From: Camelus ferus
Lineage: Eukaryota
Length of the DNA: 64,000 bases
Reading direction: 5' to 3'
Assembly: GCF_009834535.1 (NCBI RefSeq)
Contig: NC_045697.1
Coordinates: 100,752,001 to 100,816,000 of the forward strand
The notes under the pieces are model-generated. The model was not told the DNA's origin. It made no database searches and worked only from the letters and a program-made list of their open reading frames with translations. The number at the start of each line of letters is the position of its first letter. Positions within the stretch are counted from its first letter, which is position 1. Made by a program: the position numbers and the translations under genes. This document shows positions 37,311-51,330 of the stretch, piece by piece.

Positions 37311-38174
37311 CTATTCCTTTCTGAAGAAGCTAAAGTTTCAATGTTTCAGGCATCATTTCTATTAAATGAAACTGCCATTACCATCATCACTTTTTACCTT
37401 TGAAATTGCAGAGAAATTCTCTTAGCTTAACTTTCTTCACCAAGAAGCTGATATTGCATTGATATGTGGAGTGAAGCTCTTGACTGTGGACCACCTGGAA
37501 GGTGACCTCATCAGCACACAGTAAGAGAGATAATACTATTGTCACTTACTGTTAAGTATGCATTTGTCATGAAGAAACTCACCTTCTTCATTATAGATCA
37601 CAAGGAAAGTGACAGGTGATACATTCCTTTTGGGGGGTATTATCTTTATTAAAAAGTGCACAAGGCGCTGGTAAAATAATATAGTTCATTCTGGAATATA
37701 TTAAAACATTTCCACACTCTCTGAAAATTCATTTCCTCTTGTTCCAAGTCACATTCATACCTCAGTCATTTCAGTCTAGATATATAAGCCTGATCTCTTC
37801 CAGCCATCACTCTTTAAGAATATCCTTAAGGAGACCAACTCTGGCTTTCTCTGGAAAAAGAGGGTGAATGTACACTTCTAGAAATGGTGGGAGCAGACTC
37901 AGGAGAGAAAGAGGCTGCAGATTTACTTTGAAAACATAATGGCAAAAGAAAGAAAATTTTCTAGCCATACTTAAACACCAGTTGGCTTGGTCTATGTTAT
38001 AGCATGCTAACACAATCAATAAAATTGAATATTTTATGATACTTTTCAAAGCTTGCAAAGTGTTCTTATGCTAGTAATCTCACTTAATCTGAAAAAATTA
38101 TATAGTGAATTATGGTGAAACTTGGATGTTTGGTCTGCATTACCCAGAAATTTAGGTCTATATGAGGGGAAGTT

Positions 38175-38220
38175 TTTGTTTGTTTGTTTGTTTGTTTGTT
38201 TGTTTGTTTGTTTGTTGTTT
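38175..38220. repeat. (TTTG)n microsatellite, ~10 units
   Basis: Direct reading. Confidence 0.95.
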
Positions 38221-38429
38221 CTGTGAGAATGCCAAGACAGATGACAGATTTTAGGAAACTCTACCATTGTCACATAATGATAATTCCAAGGAAAATAGAT
38301 GTTTAAGTGGATTGTGATCAGACTCAGCCTAAGGAAACTTAATGTCAAAAACCTCGGTTTGCAAATGAGGCATCACTTTCTGGACGCTGCATTGAAGCTT
38401 GATCTTCGGGACTTTATCGTAGGAGAAAA

Positions 38430-38600
38430 CAGAATGATAGAATCATAGAATGAGTTAGAAGTCTGAGCTATCCCATCTTCTTCAGTATATAGATTAGATC
38501 CAGAGAAATGGAGTAATTGATCCACAAACAAAGTGACAGCTAGGGACAGGGGACAGTGTGAACCCAAGTGGTCTGACTCTTACCCTAGGATTCCTTTCAT
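38430..38600 (-). mobile_element. MIR fragment
   Basis: atccagagaaatggagtaattgatcc...gaacccaagtggtctgactc. Confidence 0.6.
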
Positions 38601-38616
38601 GGCAGGAAGTTGCCTC

Positions 38617-39121
38617 TGTTAGAGCTCAGAGAAGGTCACCCCCAAAGATGTCAAAGTAGCATATTGATTATTTTATATTAAAGTTACTTAAGAAATAGCC
38701 AGTGCAAGAACAGCACTTTGACCCTCCTTTGTCCCTGGAAAGCAGGACATAAATCTCCCATGTGAAAATACCCTCCCTGCACCAGAGGGGTACAGAGATA
38801 TCCTCATTGCCAGAGACAGGGATTCAGGGCCCAGAAGGTTGTGTAAACAAACTCTGCTTAGATTCTTCACTAACTAAGCACCCAAACCTAAGTTTCCTTG
38901 TCTTGTCAATTCCTTACAAATGTATTGTTTCTTTGTCTAAAATAATTGTATAAAAGCTGCCTGCCTTGGTCACCACTTAGGTCTTATATCTATGAGACCT
39001 CCATACATACAAAATTAAATTTGTTTTTTTTCTGTTAATCTTTCTTATGTCAATTCAACTATTAGATCAGCCCCCCCCCCCAAACCCTACAGCATATGGG
39101 GAAATTTTCCCTTCCCCAGCA
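38617..39121 (+). mobile_element. Solo ERV1 LTR, MER34-family-like
   Basis: tgttag...cacccccaaagatg...gcatattgattatttt; TATAAAA at ~38950; end ctgttaatctttcttatgtcaatt...ttttcccttccccagca; TSD cctc/tctc. Confidence 0.8.
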
Positions 39122-40592
39122 TCTCTAAGGACAATGATATACAGGCTGGGGAGGGAGATAGTTTAGTAGAGTAAGATGGATATTTCTTGACATTTTTATC
39201 CCTTTAGCTGAATGTATTCACATACAATGAAGTCAAGAAAATAATTAAATTATACTTTATTCTCAAGTACTAGAAAGCTTCAAACTGAGCTATGGAAATT
39301 ATGGGTATTTGAGGGGAGAGAGGTGTGATTTATTCAAACGATTATTTCAGTGCTGGGCTTTATTTTGACTAGAGATGCCATTGTAATACTTTCAATCTGA
39401 CTTTCATGTTCAGTTGTTTTGCTATTCATGGATCACGGGCAGAGGAAGACAAGTTGTTACTATCGAAGCATCTCGAGGAAATTCTTCTGGGCAATTAGGC
39501 AACCATTTCCTCCCTCATGAATTGCTGCAAAGCCATAGTGCTTAGCAAATGGATTAGAGGAACACTGGTTAAGAAAATAAACAGCTGGCATTCTGGATGT
39601 CTCACAAGAAACATGTCCTCTCCGTATGGTTACTTCACTCTGGGACTCACAGATTTACCAGCGCCTCAGGAAGAGGTTGCAGAAGCCACCTCCCACCTTG
39701 CTCTGAAATGAAGATACTGCTCTGTCTGGCTTCAGGGACCTTCATGCTCTTGTCCCTCTGCCGGGGGTCCCATTGTGCTTCCTGTGAACAGGGGTCACCC
39801 CAAGTTATAGAAAGTTTATTTTTTCCAAAGCAAATGACAAGTTAACATAGAAACATTTCAATGCCTTAAAGCTAAGAAATGGAGTAAATTTAAAACAAAA
39901 ATGAACATGCATATATGCTTAAAAGTACAAAAGGGAAAAGTTATATAGAGAAAACTGTTATTCAACTCTTAAGGCTGACAGAATGAAATGGAAGATTAAG
40001 TCTGATGTCAGTAGGGGCTTTTTATTCTGCTGATAGCAAAATCAAGGCAGACATGAGTAGTCAAAGTAAAACAAATGCCCAGAGGTCAACCAGCATTGTA
40101 CGTCTTCACTAAGAAAATTAATGAGGTGGAAAACATTTAGATTTCTGAAGAAATACTCTTCTTAGTTTTCATAAAAGAGACAGCACTCAACAAATTTCAA
40201 TTTTCTTGTGAAATGGCATTGTCTCTATGAGCAGCTATTTCTTTGATTATTGTTGACAATCTTTCTCAACCTATATTCTGTATGATATACTTCTTCACTA
40301 ATGCTTATTTGATCCCTCTCTAGGCTGTCTGGGTCATCTGCCAATCATATGCTCTTTAGCAGAATCAGAGTTGGTCAAAATTAGATTTTGTCGATACAAT
40401 ATCCCTCCATGGCATTGTCTTTTTAAGCTGTAAGACTGGATCACTAAGCTTCCTTGTTGATTTAGCCCTTTCCAAGATTCTGGGGCTCTTCTCGCCTGTA
40501 GAGAAAGAGGAAATCTAAGAATATCAAAGTCAAGAGCTCTTTAGGGCCAGTACCAAGTCTCTCTGATTCTTTGTCTAATTCTAGCTCCTGAG

Positions 40593-41046
40593 TGTGGCAG
40601 ACTGGCTAAGCCCTCGCCAAAGCCCTGTTCCCTCCTCCTGGACACACAGCTAGATCACATGCCCCATTATCCCTGGCTGTGTCCCACTTCCCAGCTAGCA
40701 CTGGCCACACCACCGAGTTAAAGTGTGATCCGAGTTACGTGTGTCACTTGCATCCTTGGCCCATGAAAGTCTCTTACTCACGATCCCTTCATTCAGTCCC
40801 TCTTCCTTTGCCTGCTGTGTGCAGATGGGCATGACAACCTTGAAATCCTCATGATAAAACTGACAGAGTCTGAAGATGGAAAGAGTATCTGCTTCTGAAT
40901 CATTGCTTGAAGGAGAGACACTCATCAATCAGAAACATTCATTTAAAACTTAAGTGAAAAATAAAGTTTCATAATGAAAAACCACTAACATTGGTGCTTT
41001 ATATATTAGAGTGTCTGTAGTTGCCTTATATAAAACTCTGACATAC
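40593..41046 (+). mobile_element. MLT1J-like MaLR LTR
   Basis: tgtggcagactgg...ctcctggacacacagctagatcacat...tgtgtcactt...tctgaatcattgcttgaaggagag. Confidence 0.7.
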
Positions 41047-41321
41047 TTACTCCTGCAATAAATTCCAGTCCTAATAGCAAGGTCCTTGCCTTGCCCCTGT
41101 TTATTGGTCCTAAATCTCAGTTGCTCTTTGGGGCCCCCCTTCTTTCTCAGTTCTTCCAGAGAAACTGAGCAGTGAAACATTTTCATGGAACAGGTATTGG
41201 TCTGACAGCTCCCCGGTTCCAGGTATTACTGCCTCCTTGTGGTCATGTAAGCACTTTATGTTTTTAAGATTTTCCTGCTGTGAAAGAAATAGATTCTACG
41301 TTGTGCTTTAAAATTAAGCTG

Positions 41322-41513
41322 ATATATATATATATATGAAATAAATAAACAACAAGGTCTTACTGGAAAGCACAAGGAACTATATTCAATACCTTATAAT
41401 AACCTATAATAAAAAAGAATAGGAAAAGGAAAAGTTATACATATATAACTGAATCACTATGCTGTACACCAGAAACTAACACAACATTGTAAATCGACTA
41501 TACTTCAATAGAA
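41322..41513 (+). mobile_element. 5'-truncated artiodactyl-type L1 3' end with 12-bp TSD
   Basis: aacaacaaggtcttact...aactgaatcactatgctgtacaccagaaactaacacaacattgtaaatcgactatacttcaata; TSD aaaattaagctg at 41310-41321 and 41514-41525. Confidence 0.92.
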
Positions 41514-42069
41514 AAAATTAAGCTGGCAGAATTATTTATTTATTTTAACTAACATTGAATTAAATCAATAATACATTAATTTCAGTGATACATTAAATTA
41601 AATAATCAGCATTTAAGCATCATACGATTGGTGAGATTTTAGCTTCCTAAGACAAGTGGTTACAAAATTAAGTGAACAAACATAATCTCTAATAAACATC
41701 CTAATAAATAAAGTTTCCTATAACAAACATTTGTGTTTCCAACATGACAGTTTGTGGCTAAGCCCCCGTGCCCATGTGCCAAGGCTCCTGGAGCTGGTAA
41801 CCTGGCTGGTTCCCCCTGCATTGGATCTGGCTGGCCCTGCAAAAGCTATAGACTGCGGCAGAAACGATGCTTCACGACTTCCAAGTTGAGGTCATAAGAT
41901 GCCTTACAGGGTCTGCCTTGTTTTCCTGAAACACTAATGCTGAGGGAAGCCAATCACAGAGTAAGAAGTCTATCAGTCTAACCCCCTTTTCTCTTATGTG
42001 AGGAAGCCTTCTCTGGACACGTGTAAGGGCCGCAGGGAGAAACAGAACTGATCTTGCCTTCTCAGCCGA

Positions 42070-42287
42070 GGTGCCAGATTTGTGAGTCATTTCGGTCTAT
42101 CCAGCCCCACGCGCCATTAACTGAATCCAACCCCTGCCGCCCTCTGACTGCAACCAAGTAACAAATGCGAGGCAGGAACTGCCCAACTGAGCCCAGCCAA
42201 TGCAAAGAATCATGAGAAATAATAATAAATTTTTAAGCCACTGAGTTTTGAGGTGGTTTGTTAACACAGAAGTAAATAACTGGAACA
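42070..42287 (+). mobile_element. MLT1 (J/K/L-like) LTR 3' portion
   Basis: aactgcccaactgagcccagcc...gaatcatgagaaataata...ttttaagccactgagttttgaggtggtttgtta...taactggaaca. Confidence 0.8.
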
Positions 42288-44869
42288 CAGGACAATGGTT
42301 CTTTTAAAATATGAAAGCAAACTCACAAATATAACAGTTCTTTCCCCTTCCCAGTGCATGCTGTTTTTATTCCTTCTCTCTATATGGGTTCAGAGTAAAT
42401 TGGAAAAAAAAAAAAAAAAGCAGCAAGGAGGCCAGCCAGTATATCACCTTCATTATTCATAAAGGCTAAGGTGGAGGTTGTGTGGGAACCAAATGAATTT
42501 CATAATACTGAACAGCTAAACCGTTAGAATAATCTACCTTTTCATAGGTAACTGGGCTGGGGCAACCATCTCCACCTGGAGGGGAGTTCCTGTCTAAGAT
42601 TCCCAGCACAGAAAACAGAGGCTAACTTGTGGGTATGTTTGCTTCCAAGAGGAAAAAAAGGCGGTTTGTTCTTCCCAAATTACTAGTCAGGTAAGTCACT
42701 TACCTCATCTAGGGTGAGGTCAGCAAAAGGACAAAGAGATTCCAAGAGTTGCACCAATTTACTCCCTCCACGTGGAAGGACATACTAGAGGGGAGGAAAG
42801 GATTTCCCTCTATCAGTGAACAGATTTGACAAAAACTGGCTGTTAAATAAGCCGGGACATAAACTGAAATTTTTGACATAAAAGTCTGTAAATATTTTCT
42901 CGTCTCCATTTTTCCTTTTAAGCAGAATAATGGCTAATTCAGTGCTTCACACTCTCAAAAATCACTTGTGACAATATCTTCACTGAAATTTTCTAAGTAA
43001 GTACCTTAGAAACTTGTGCCTATGATTTTATTTATAATTTTATCCAATGCAACACCCAAGATCTGGGGCTCATAATTTTGATTTCTTCATTGCTCATCAC
43101 CAACTGCAAACAAGGTATAATAAATGCAAATAATAAAGTTACAAGGGCTTCTGAATATTCCAAAGTTCTTACCATCTTAGATCAGTTTTATAACTCCAGT
43201 GCACTTGACTTCCATATTATAAACACAACTTCGAAAAGTTCAAAGAGACGGGGAAAATAAAAGAATCCAGGGTTCCATTTAGGCTAGAACAGAGAATATA
43301 CCTTAGTGGCACCGTAACTGAGTGGAAGATAAGATAGTAAGAGCAACTTTTCTTGGAAAATTAGATTTTCCCAGGGCTAATGAGAATGTAAAATTTAACT
43401 AGATTTAAATTTAACTAGAAATAATTTACTAGAATAATTTAAGAAATTGAGACTTGCATATTTACTTCCTAGATTGTAAGCTTTAAAAAAATTATGTGAA
43501 AATAAAAATTTTATCATTGATCACTGATCCAAACGCAAATTATACATTACCCAATAAAAAGTATTCATTGCCTTTGTGGAGGAAGAAAGATGAAAATGAA
43601 AAGAGGTATTGCAGGGGTGCCCACAGCCTTGAAGAGAGAACCGGGACAGTTTCCATTTTATGTATGCCCACAATTATTATGCATTTAAAGGAAGGATGCT
43701 GTCTCTGCTGTCAGACCTTTCGTATGGCAATTTTGTCCTTGATTTTCATCCGTGTCACAGATTTGATTGGCTCTTTACATTAACAAGCAAACTTCTTTCA
43801 GGCTATAGATTTATTTAACACAGTGTAGGTTTATTTAACTTCCCATAGCTGTATTTTATTTAACATTATAGTTACACTTCATCACAGAAATGACTGCTCT
43901 GATAGTTCTCTTACTCTCTCATGGCCAACAGGAAATGTAATATTACCGACATGGATTGAAGTTAGAAAGAATAGTTAAGGACCAACTACTTACAGCTTGA
44001 ATATAACTTTTACTGCTCCCAGGCTAAGCGTAAAAACTGATCAGTGAAAGCTTCTAGGGTAGTATTTAAAAAAAAAAAAAAAGACTGAGTTGTGTTGCTT
44101 GAATAGCTCTGGGATCTGGGAGCAGGGATGAGAATGACCTTCTAGACCTTGGTACCATCATGGGCCAGATTATATGGGAATAAATGTCTTAGAAGTGGTG
44201 AGATGAACAAATCAAACCATTGTCATATACAGACACCATTGAACAGTAGCCCCAGTCTTTGGGCAATGAACCTTGGAGGAAACACAGAGTTATTGCAAAA
44301 AGTCCATGAATTCTCACGTGTACTAAACATTTTCTGTGTGCTAAATAATTAAAATCAGACATGCATGCATTTTATTTAAAAAAAAATGTAGCTTCTTACT
44401 TGGTTAGTAAATACATTTATACTTTTTTACAGCTTTTAAAATTTATAATATTTTTTATACTATGCTTTTTCCCAATCAAGGAGTTCCAAAATCCAGCTGA
44501 CAGATGAGAATCCGTGAAACTCTTTAAAAGTGAGGCAGGAAAAACAGTCTCCATACTTAAAAGTATTTACAGCTGTCTTTGTAACTTTTAGCACGCTGTT
44601 TACCCTCTTTCATATCCATAGGACAGGTTAACACTCTATGCAACAAAGCACACTTTTCCTGAGAGGGAGGATCAATCATGGCTTAGCAACATTAAGCTGG
44701 AAATGAAGCCCTGAAGGTGGAAAACTTATCTTTACAATTCCAGGCCAACAGGGAACCAACCTGTGAGATTTCACTTGAGTCTGTAGGAAGGAGGTGTGTC
44801 TGTCTGGGACCATCTATAGATAGAGGGGGAAAAAGATGCATTGAGACTTCCAAGAGACCCTTAAGAATT

Positions 44870-45065
44870 GATTCTCACTCTTGGCTGCATTCTACAATCA
44901 ACTTGGGTGGGGGAAGTTTAAAACTGGATGCTCAGGCTGCACATGAGGTGGATTAAAGAGGAAGCTGGAGGTGGGGTTGCTGAGAGGGGGCATGAGAACC
45001 AGGTATTAGGCATTTCACAACTCCCGAGCGACTGGTGTGCTCCAGGGCTGGTGTTGGTTGCTCTG
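44870..45065. mobile_element. MER5-like hAT MITE (degenerate)
   Basis: attctcactcttggctgcatt...aatcaacttggg...tttaaaactggatgctcaggctgcac. Confidence 0.45.
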
Positions 45066-45929
45066 AGGGTCCTACAGAGATTGCATCGGCACATCACACT
45101 ATGTGGTGCCTGACAGATTCCTCAAACAGAAAGCAAGCTTAAAGATCACATCTGCAGCCGGTTACTCAGTCATCTAGCCTCTCAAGAGACAGAATAACAG
45201 GATTTGTTGATTTGGCAAGAGGAGTTGTTATGGCCTCTGAGGAAATATTAAGCATATCCCACTATGTTTCCGTAATCACTCTGCCTAGGCTTGATTTCAA
45301 GCACGTTCACATTATTTTACCTTAAATCATATCTGGTGCACCAGAGCCTGATCTAAGTCTGATGCTTCATGGCATATGGTTTTATTTTTAAGCCTTCTAT
45401 GACAACTTCATTGAACTGTTACATGACCATTGTGTGAAATTACCTCATTGCATATGTCTGGGAGCATTGTTTTTCTCCGGTTTGAAGCAATTATTTCATT
45501 GGTGTACAACCCAATTGCCTGGAGATAGTGGTAGAATCAAATTTTACTAAGTACTTAATGATTAGTCACTGTACGCAAACCATATTGATATGTGTACATG
45601 ATAAACACTTGAATTAAGATGCCATGGTTCTTCCTCTTAAGTCACACTGTAATGGGGGTGACCAAAGAGCAAAATTTGCAAGTCAAATAGAACAAAGCAC
45701 ACTGAAACACGTTCTCATTCATTTTAAAGACATTTTGTGAAAAGAAAATGGGAACTTCTGCTGAAAGGAGGAAGAAACAGGACACAAGTCACGGTGACAA
45801 CTGAACTTAGTCATTTAAACCCTGCATCTTACTTCTGATTAATGAATATACATTTAAAAAATTGGAAATACAGAATGTGTAAGGAAAATAAATAAAATAT
45901 TATTAGTAATCCCACAATCCATATTTATA

Positions 45930-46150
45930 TGTAGGGATATGTGTATATATGTATGTGTGCATGTTATGTTACATAAATGTTTACGTATCATATATGCAGG
46001 TATACATTGCACACTGGTATATGTTTATATATATACATATATGTGCATAATATAGCATATTTGGACACACATTTTTTGTGTATTATATACACACATATAC
46101 TAATTTATTTATATATGTACATAAATATTGATGCATTCACACATACTACT
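45930..46150. repeat. Degenerate TA/TG/CA low-complexity tract
   Basis: Alternating purine-pyrimidine text throughout. Confidence 0.8.
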
Positions 46151-46549
46151 GCTATTTTTGAGAGGAGCTGAATAATGACACCCCTCCTTCCTGCCCAGGT
46201 TCTTAATTGAGAAATAAGGACTAGAAGGTGAAGATAATAATGTCTAAGCTTGATAAAGATTAAGTTGGAGAATGTAGTTTTTTTAATGTTTATAAAATAT
46301 ATCTTTATTTTCATAAAGAAAATTCACAACTTTGTCCATGTTTTTCTTTTTATGGTTAGTGAAAACTTACCACTCACCTTTGTACTGGATTTGGTAACCA
46401 CTGTTCTATAGCACACAAGTTTCTCTTGTCCCAAAATATTAATCCTAACAGATGACAATCTACATTTCAGGGTTGCTTTCCTATTAAGAGCTACTATTCA
46501 TTAAACACGTGTGCCTGGCACATGTATTTCACTCATGATCTTATCTGAT

Positions 46550-46941
46550 TTTTTTTTTTACGTATACATATATATATATATATAATTTCATATTCTTTTT
46601 CATTACAGCTCATTATGAGAAATTGAATATAATTCCCTATGCTATATAATAGATCCTTGTTTATCTATTTTATATATAGTATTTGTATCTGTTAATCCCA
46701 AATTCTTAATCTATCCCTCCCCCACCTTCCCCCTGGTAACCACAGTTTATTTTCTATGTTAGTGAGTCTATTTCCGGTTTGTAAATAAAATTTTTATTTT
46801 TTTTTTTAAATTCCACACATAAGTGACTTCATATTTGTCTTTCTCTGTCTGAATTACTTCACTTAATATGATAATCTCTAGGTCCCTCCATGTTGTTGCA
46901 AATGGCATTATTCCATTCATTTTTATGGCTGAGTAATATTC

Positions 46942-46994
<53 letters not shown>

Positions 46995-47112
46995 TATATA
47001 TAAAATATATACACACACCACACATCTTCTTTATCCACTTATCTGTCAGTGGGTTTTTAAGTTTTTTCCATGTCTTTCTTGGCTATTGTAAATAGTGCTG
47101 CTATGAACACTG
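46550..47112 (-). mobile_element. Artiodactyl-type L1 3' end (ORF2 C-terminus and 3'UTR) with internal (TA)n expansion
   Basis: ORF 46768-47025 contains EYYSAIK..IMPFATTWRDLEIIILSEV.QTEKDKY (L1 ORF2p C-terminus); (TA)n at ~46945-46990. Confidence 0.92.
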
Positions 47113-50100
47113 AACTTTATATACAATGGTATATGAAGCCAAGACAACGGAGAACATAGCTCTGTGTGAGAAACCAAAGGGTCAGCTTATTGAAGTCCAA
47201 AATTCTGCACTAATCCACCCAACCACAGGCAATGCTGGACCTGGGGAGAACAAGTTCCGCTAGTGGATGGCTTGGCCCTGGAAGAGCAGAGTAGAATTTA
47301 ACCTCCTGTAAGTAGGCTGGCTCCCATAAAAGGAGAAAAGTACAAGTCAAGTTTAGTCTTTGCAAATGTACAGGTATATGTAATTATTATGTTATATATA
47401 TGTAATGACATTACATATACTATATTTAACATATATGTAATTACAAACGTATATGATGTAGAGATTCAACCCAAGAAAGTACACTTTCAAGAAATTAGCC
47501 ATTATTATTCTAATTTTCAAGCCAGATTATGTCTAGCCATGTTGTCTTATACAGGTTATCAGAAATTTTGCAATGAGATTAGATGACAATAGTGTGAAAG
47601 TTTCATAAAGGCATAAAGACCTTCGATTCATAAAATTCCAGCAATAAAGATTCCCTAATTTTATCTCTAAGCCCTCTGCCAATATTAAATTTCTAAAGAG
47701 AAATTGAAGTTCAAAGAATAAATATACTGGCAAGTTAAATCCAAAGGAAATAAGGCTCAAAATCAAATCCCTTTGACTTTAAAAGATAAAATCCAAAAGT
47801 TGTCCTTCCCAATTTGTAATTCTGCTCCGTTCAGTCAGAGGAGTTCACCACAAATGGGTAGAGCTTTGTATTTGGGTTTTTTTTTTTCCTCCCAGCAAAT
47901 ACAGCCTGGGAAGTGTGTGGATCTTTTAAGGCCTCAGAAATTCTTAGCTCAGTGTCAAGATACTTCATTCTCACTCTAATCAGACTTTTAAAAGTAAGAC
48001 TCAAAAAGTAAACTTAACCCCACACCCACCAAATTTAGAATATAAGCCAAACCCTCACCCGTAGAGCAGTGATCCATGGTACAATCCTGTTCCCTAAATC
48101 CAATACACAGTATTGTCAAAGGCCATCCCACTGGTGTCTGAGGAAGAAGGGCAGATGGTAGATGGTGAGCATCTTGGCTTCAGCATGGCTGCATTGCCAG
48201 CTGGTCTACTTTTCTGGAATCTACAACCAGTGAATTTAATTGGTAGGAACCTCCCAGCAAATGATTAATTCTGTCACTACGAATTTACCGCATGTACAGT
48301 GGGGGACATTCCAGATGCCTAATGTCTCCGGAGGAAAGTGGCCTTGAGATGCTGCCATTTTTGTTCACAATGGCAGTGCCCCTCCCTACTAACAAGGTGT
48401 TATTTGAGAATCCTTTCTTTTTCACCCAACCTATTCAGAAACTCTTCCCTCCCAGTTCCCTTTAAGCATGAGTTTTAAAGATGGTACTGACTCCTAGGTA
48501 TTCTGGGAGGTATTGTGTGTGTGTGTGTGTAGTGGCATCTTCCTTTGCTTCTTGGAATGGAATTAATTTGGCCTAAAAACAAAAAACAAAAAACAAAAAC
48601 AAAAACAAACAAACAAAAAAACCCTACCTCCTAGAAAAGGATTTCACCTTAGGGTCACATTTATTTCTGCTGAAAAAGCGGCCTCAGAATTTCTGAACTG
48701 AAGCTACTATAGAGACTGTTGAGCCATGTGCCCTGAGGTCCCAGAGAGGACAGGTGCCTCAGCCACGTGGTCCTCTAATGTCTAGACAGTTTCCTTCTTC
48801 TTTTCCATCCCATAAATCTCCTGGCTTCTGGGATACCCACATGCTCAGCTACAATAATTGTGTTGAAACTCACCCAAACATCCTTCTCTAGTTTCTTTTT
48901 CTATGATTGAGCCTTTGGACAAGACACACGATTTGAGGTCAAGTGCACCAGTCTCAACCTGTACTGTGAATGCAGAATAGAGCGCCACCTACCGCCACTT
49001 AATGCAAAAGACCTTAAGCCACAGCCGCGTGATAATTTATATTTTAACCATTTAAGTCTAGAAGCTCCATAGTGTTCTGTGGTTCCTGTGTAATTGCTGA
49101 TTTGCCATGTACATGCAGGTTACAATCTCACTTTAGCCTGGCCAGTGATGGCAGGCCAAGCTGTGCCTGCATCAGGATAAATTACAGCAGCCTGCAGCCT
49201 TAGGCCTTGGCACCTGCCAAAGACACTGCTTTGCTAAAGCCCTTGCGTTAGAATACAAGTTTAAGGTCAAACTGGAGCAATCTGCACTCTGAAGCCATCT
49301 GTGCTGGCTAAAGGCCCGTGTCTTTGGCCCTATCTCCACAGAAAGTCTTTTAGGGTCAGAACCACAACAAGTTGCAGCCACCTGGCAAAGCCAAAAATAC
49401 CTAGTGACTAATGCTTCACGACCCTTAGCTGGCTGTCAGCAGTTCAAAGCTAAGTTTGCAAGGTAAAAACCTACCTGGTCTAGTGTAAGACAGACCATCG
49501 CTGTCAAAATCCCCTGCCTAGGCATTAAAGACTAAGAGCGCATCAGAAGTTCATTCCACAGGAAACATGCTTTCCAGATTCTTATCTCCTTTTCCATGTT
49601 CTCAGTCCTCAAATATGGAGTTTAAACACACATACATGGTTTTAAACATATATAAAAACATATACATATATCAATCACAGAATACACATTCTCATACTAT
49701 CATCTAAATTTAGCAAAATAAATAAAATAAGTACCTGATATATATATATATGTTTTCCTTTATATGTCCAGTATTTATTTATTAGAATGTATTAAATTGA
49801 ATATATGTAACATGCAATTTAGTTAAATATATATAATACATATATTCAACTTAATATTTTAATAGATAAAATAAATACCTGATGTATATTTTAAAAGATA
49901 TATATATTGGGTATTTATTTTATTTTACTAAATTTATTTCATACTATACAGAGAATTATATATTCTATGCTCATACATCAAAAGTACTTTAAAAGATCTT
50001 TCCTGATATCATTATTACAAAACAAAAAAAAATTAAAATATTTTAAATACCAATACCCCATGAACCCTGTGAAAACACCAAATAACATGATAAAGCTTTA

Positions 50101-50177
50101 TGAAAGTAAACAGGTTCCTGCTTATCCTCCAGTTTGGCTATCTATAGGCGACTATTTTTAATTCTTTTAGCTAATTC

Positions 50178-50466
50178 TTTTATTTATTTGGCTTGAGATG
50201 TAATTGATATATAATATTATATTAGTTTTAGTTGTGCAACATAATGATTTGGTATTTGTATGTATTGTGAAATGTTCACCACAGTAAGCCTAGTTAACAT
50301 CTGTCTCCTCACATAGTTAAATTTTTTTGTCTTATGATAAGAAGCTTTACAATCTACTCTCTTAGCAACTTTCAAATATGCAATATAGTATTATTAACTA
50401 TAGTCACCATGCTATAGATGACCTCCCAGGACTCATTTATTTATAGCTGAAGTTTGTAACTTTTGA
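50178..50466 (-). mobile_element. L1MA-type 3' end
   Basis: tgcaacataatgatttggtatttgtatgtattgtgaaatg...atctactctcttagcaactttcaaatatgcaata...ttaactatagtcaccatgct. Confidence 0.85.
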
Positions 50467-50879
50467 TTCTTAATTGGTTCTTTTTGTTCTTACTATATCC
50501 CTCAATACTATCTTGTACTGTTATTTTTTAATTATTCAGTTTTAGGATTTATTTATTTACTCTGTTGTATCTTAATCCACCAACCACTTACTATAGTTAA
50601 GTCACGATTTATAATTAAATCAAGAAACTATGTAAATGTAGCTTACTTGAAATCCAAATAGTTTATTTTTGTGCAGCTTTTTGATTTACCAAGTCTCTAG
50701 TTTCCCTTTTCATCCACTATAATTCTTTATGCAAATACTGTATTTCAACTCTTTAGCTTATCAGACATTCTATGGAGTGTCTGATTGTTTTACTGACTTC
50801 CCTCAGGAACACTCTGTCCTTCACCTGTCATCTGGACAAGTCATGTTTTAGGGTAGATTTGAAGTGATCATCCTGGGAT

Positions 50880-51330
50880 TTTTCTCTTGGGAAGGAGACC
50901 TCTTTTTCTGGAATTTATCTTTTTCTTTCTTGGATTACTACATTGTTTTGCTAGAGCAAAGAGTGTGTGGGAAGTGATTTCTGAAAACTGTGTGTCTAAA
51001 AATGTGTTTATTCCAAATACTTGACTGAAAATCTGGCTAGACATAGGATTTTCACCCAATCTGTTCCTCTCAGATCTGAAAGCTTTGCTCCGTGACTAGC
51101 ACTAGTGTGACTGATAAGAAGGCTGGTACCAATATGATCATTCCACTGTAGATGATGACTCCATTTCTTTCTGGAAATTATTAAGACCTTGTCTTTATTC
51201 CTTTGGTTCTAAATTACGCAAATACTTTTCAAGAAAAGGGAATTTTTTATACATTTATTTGGCGTTTAGAAGGTGGTTTCAACATGGAGACATGTCCGTC
51301 AACTCTGGCAAATTCTCTTGAATTGAGTCT
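50880..51330 (-). mobile_element. Degenerate old L1 fragment
   Basis: tgtctaaaaatgtgtttatt...ctggctagacataggatt...gctttgctccgtg...tgataagaaggctg pattern. Confidence 0.5.

Noticed and set aside
42689..42705. Palindrome aggtaagt-c-acttacct giving back-to-back perfect splice donors
   Set aside because: Closely resembles the MIR core (ggcaagtcacttaacctc), so it is probably a decayed repeat; no matching acceptor found
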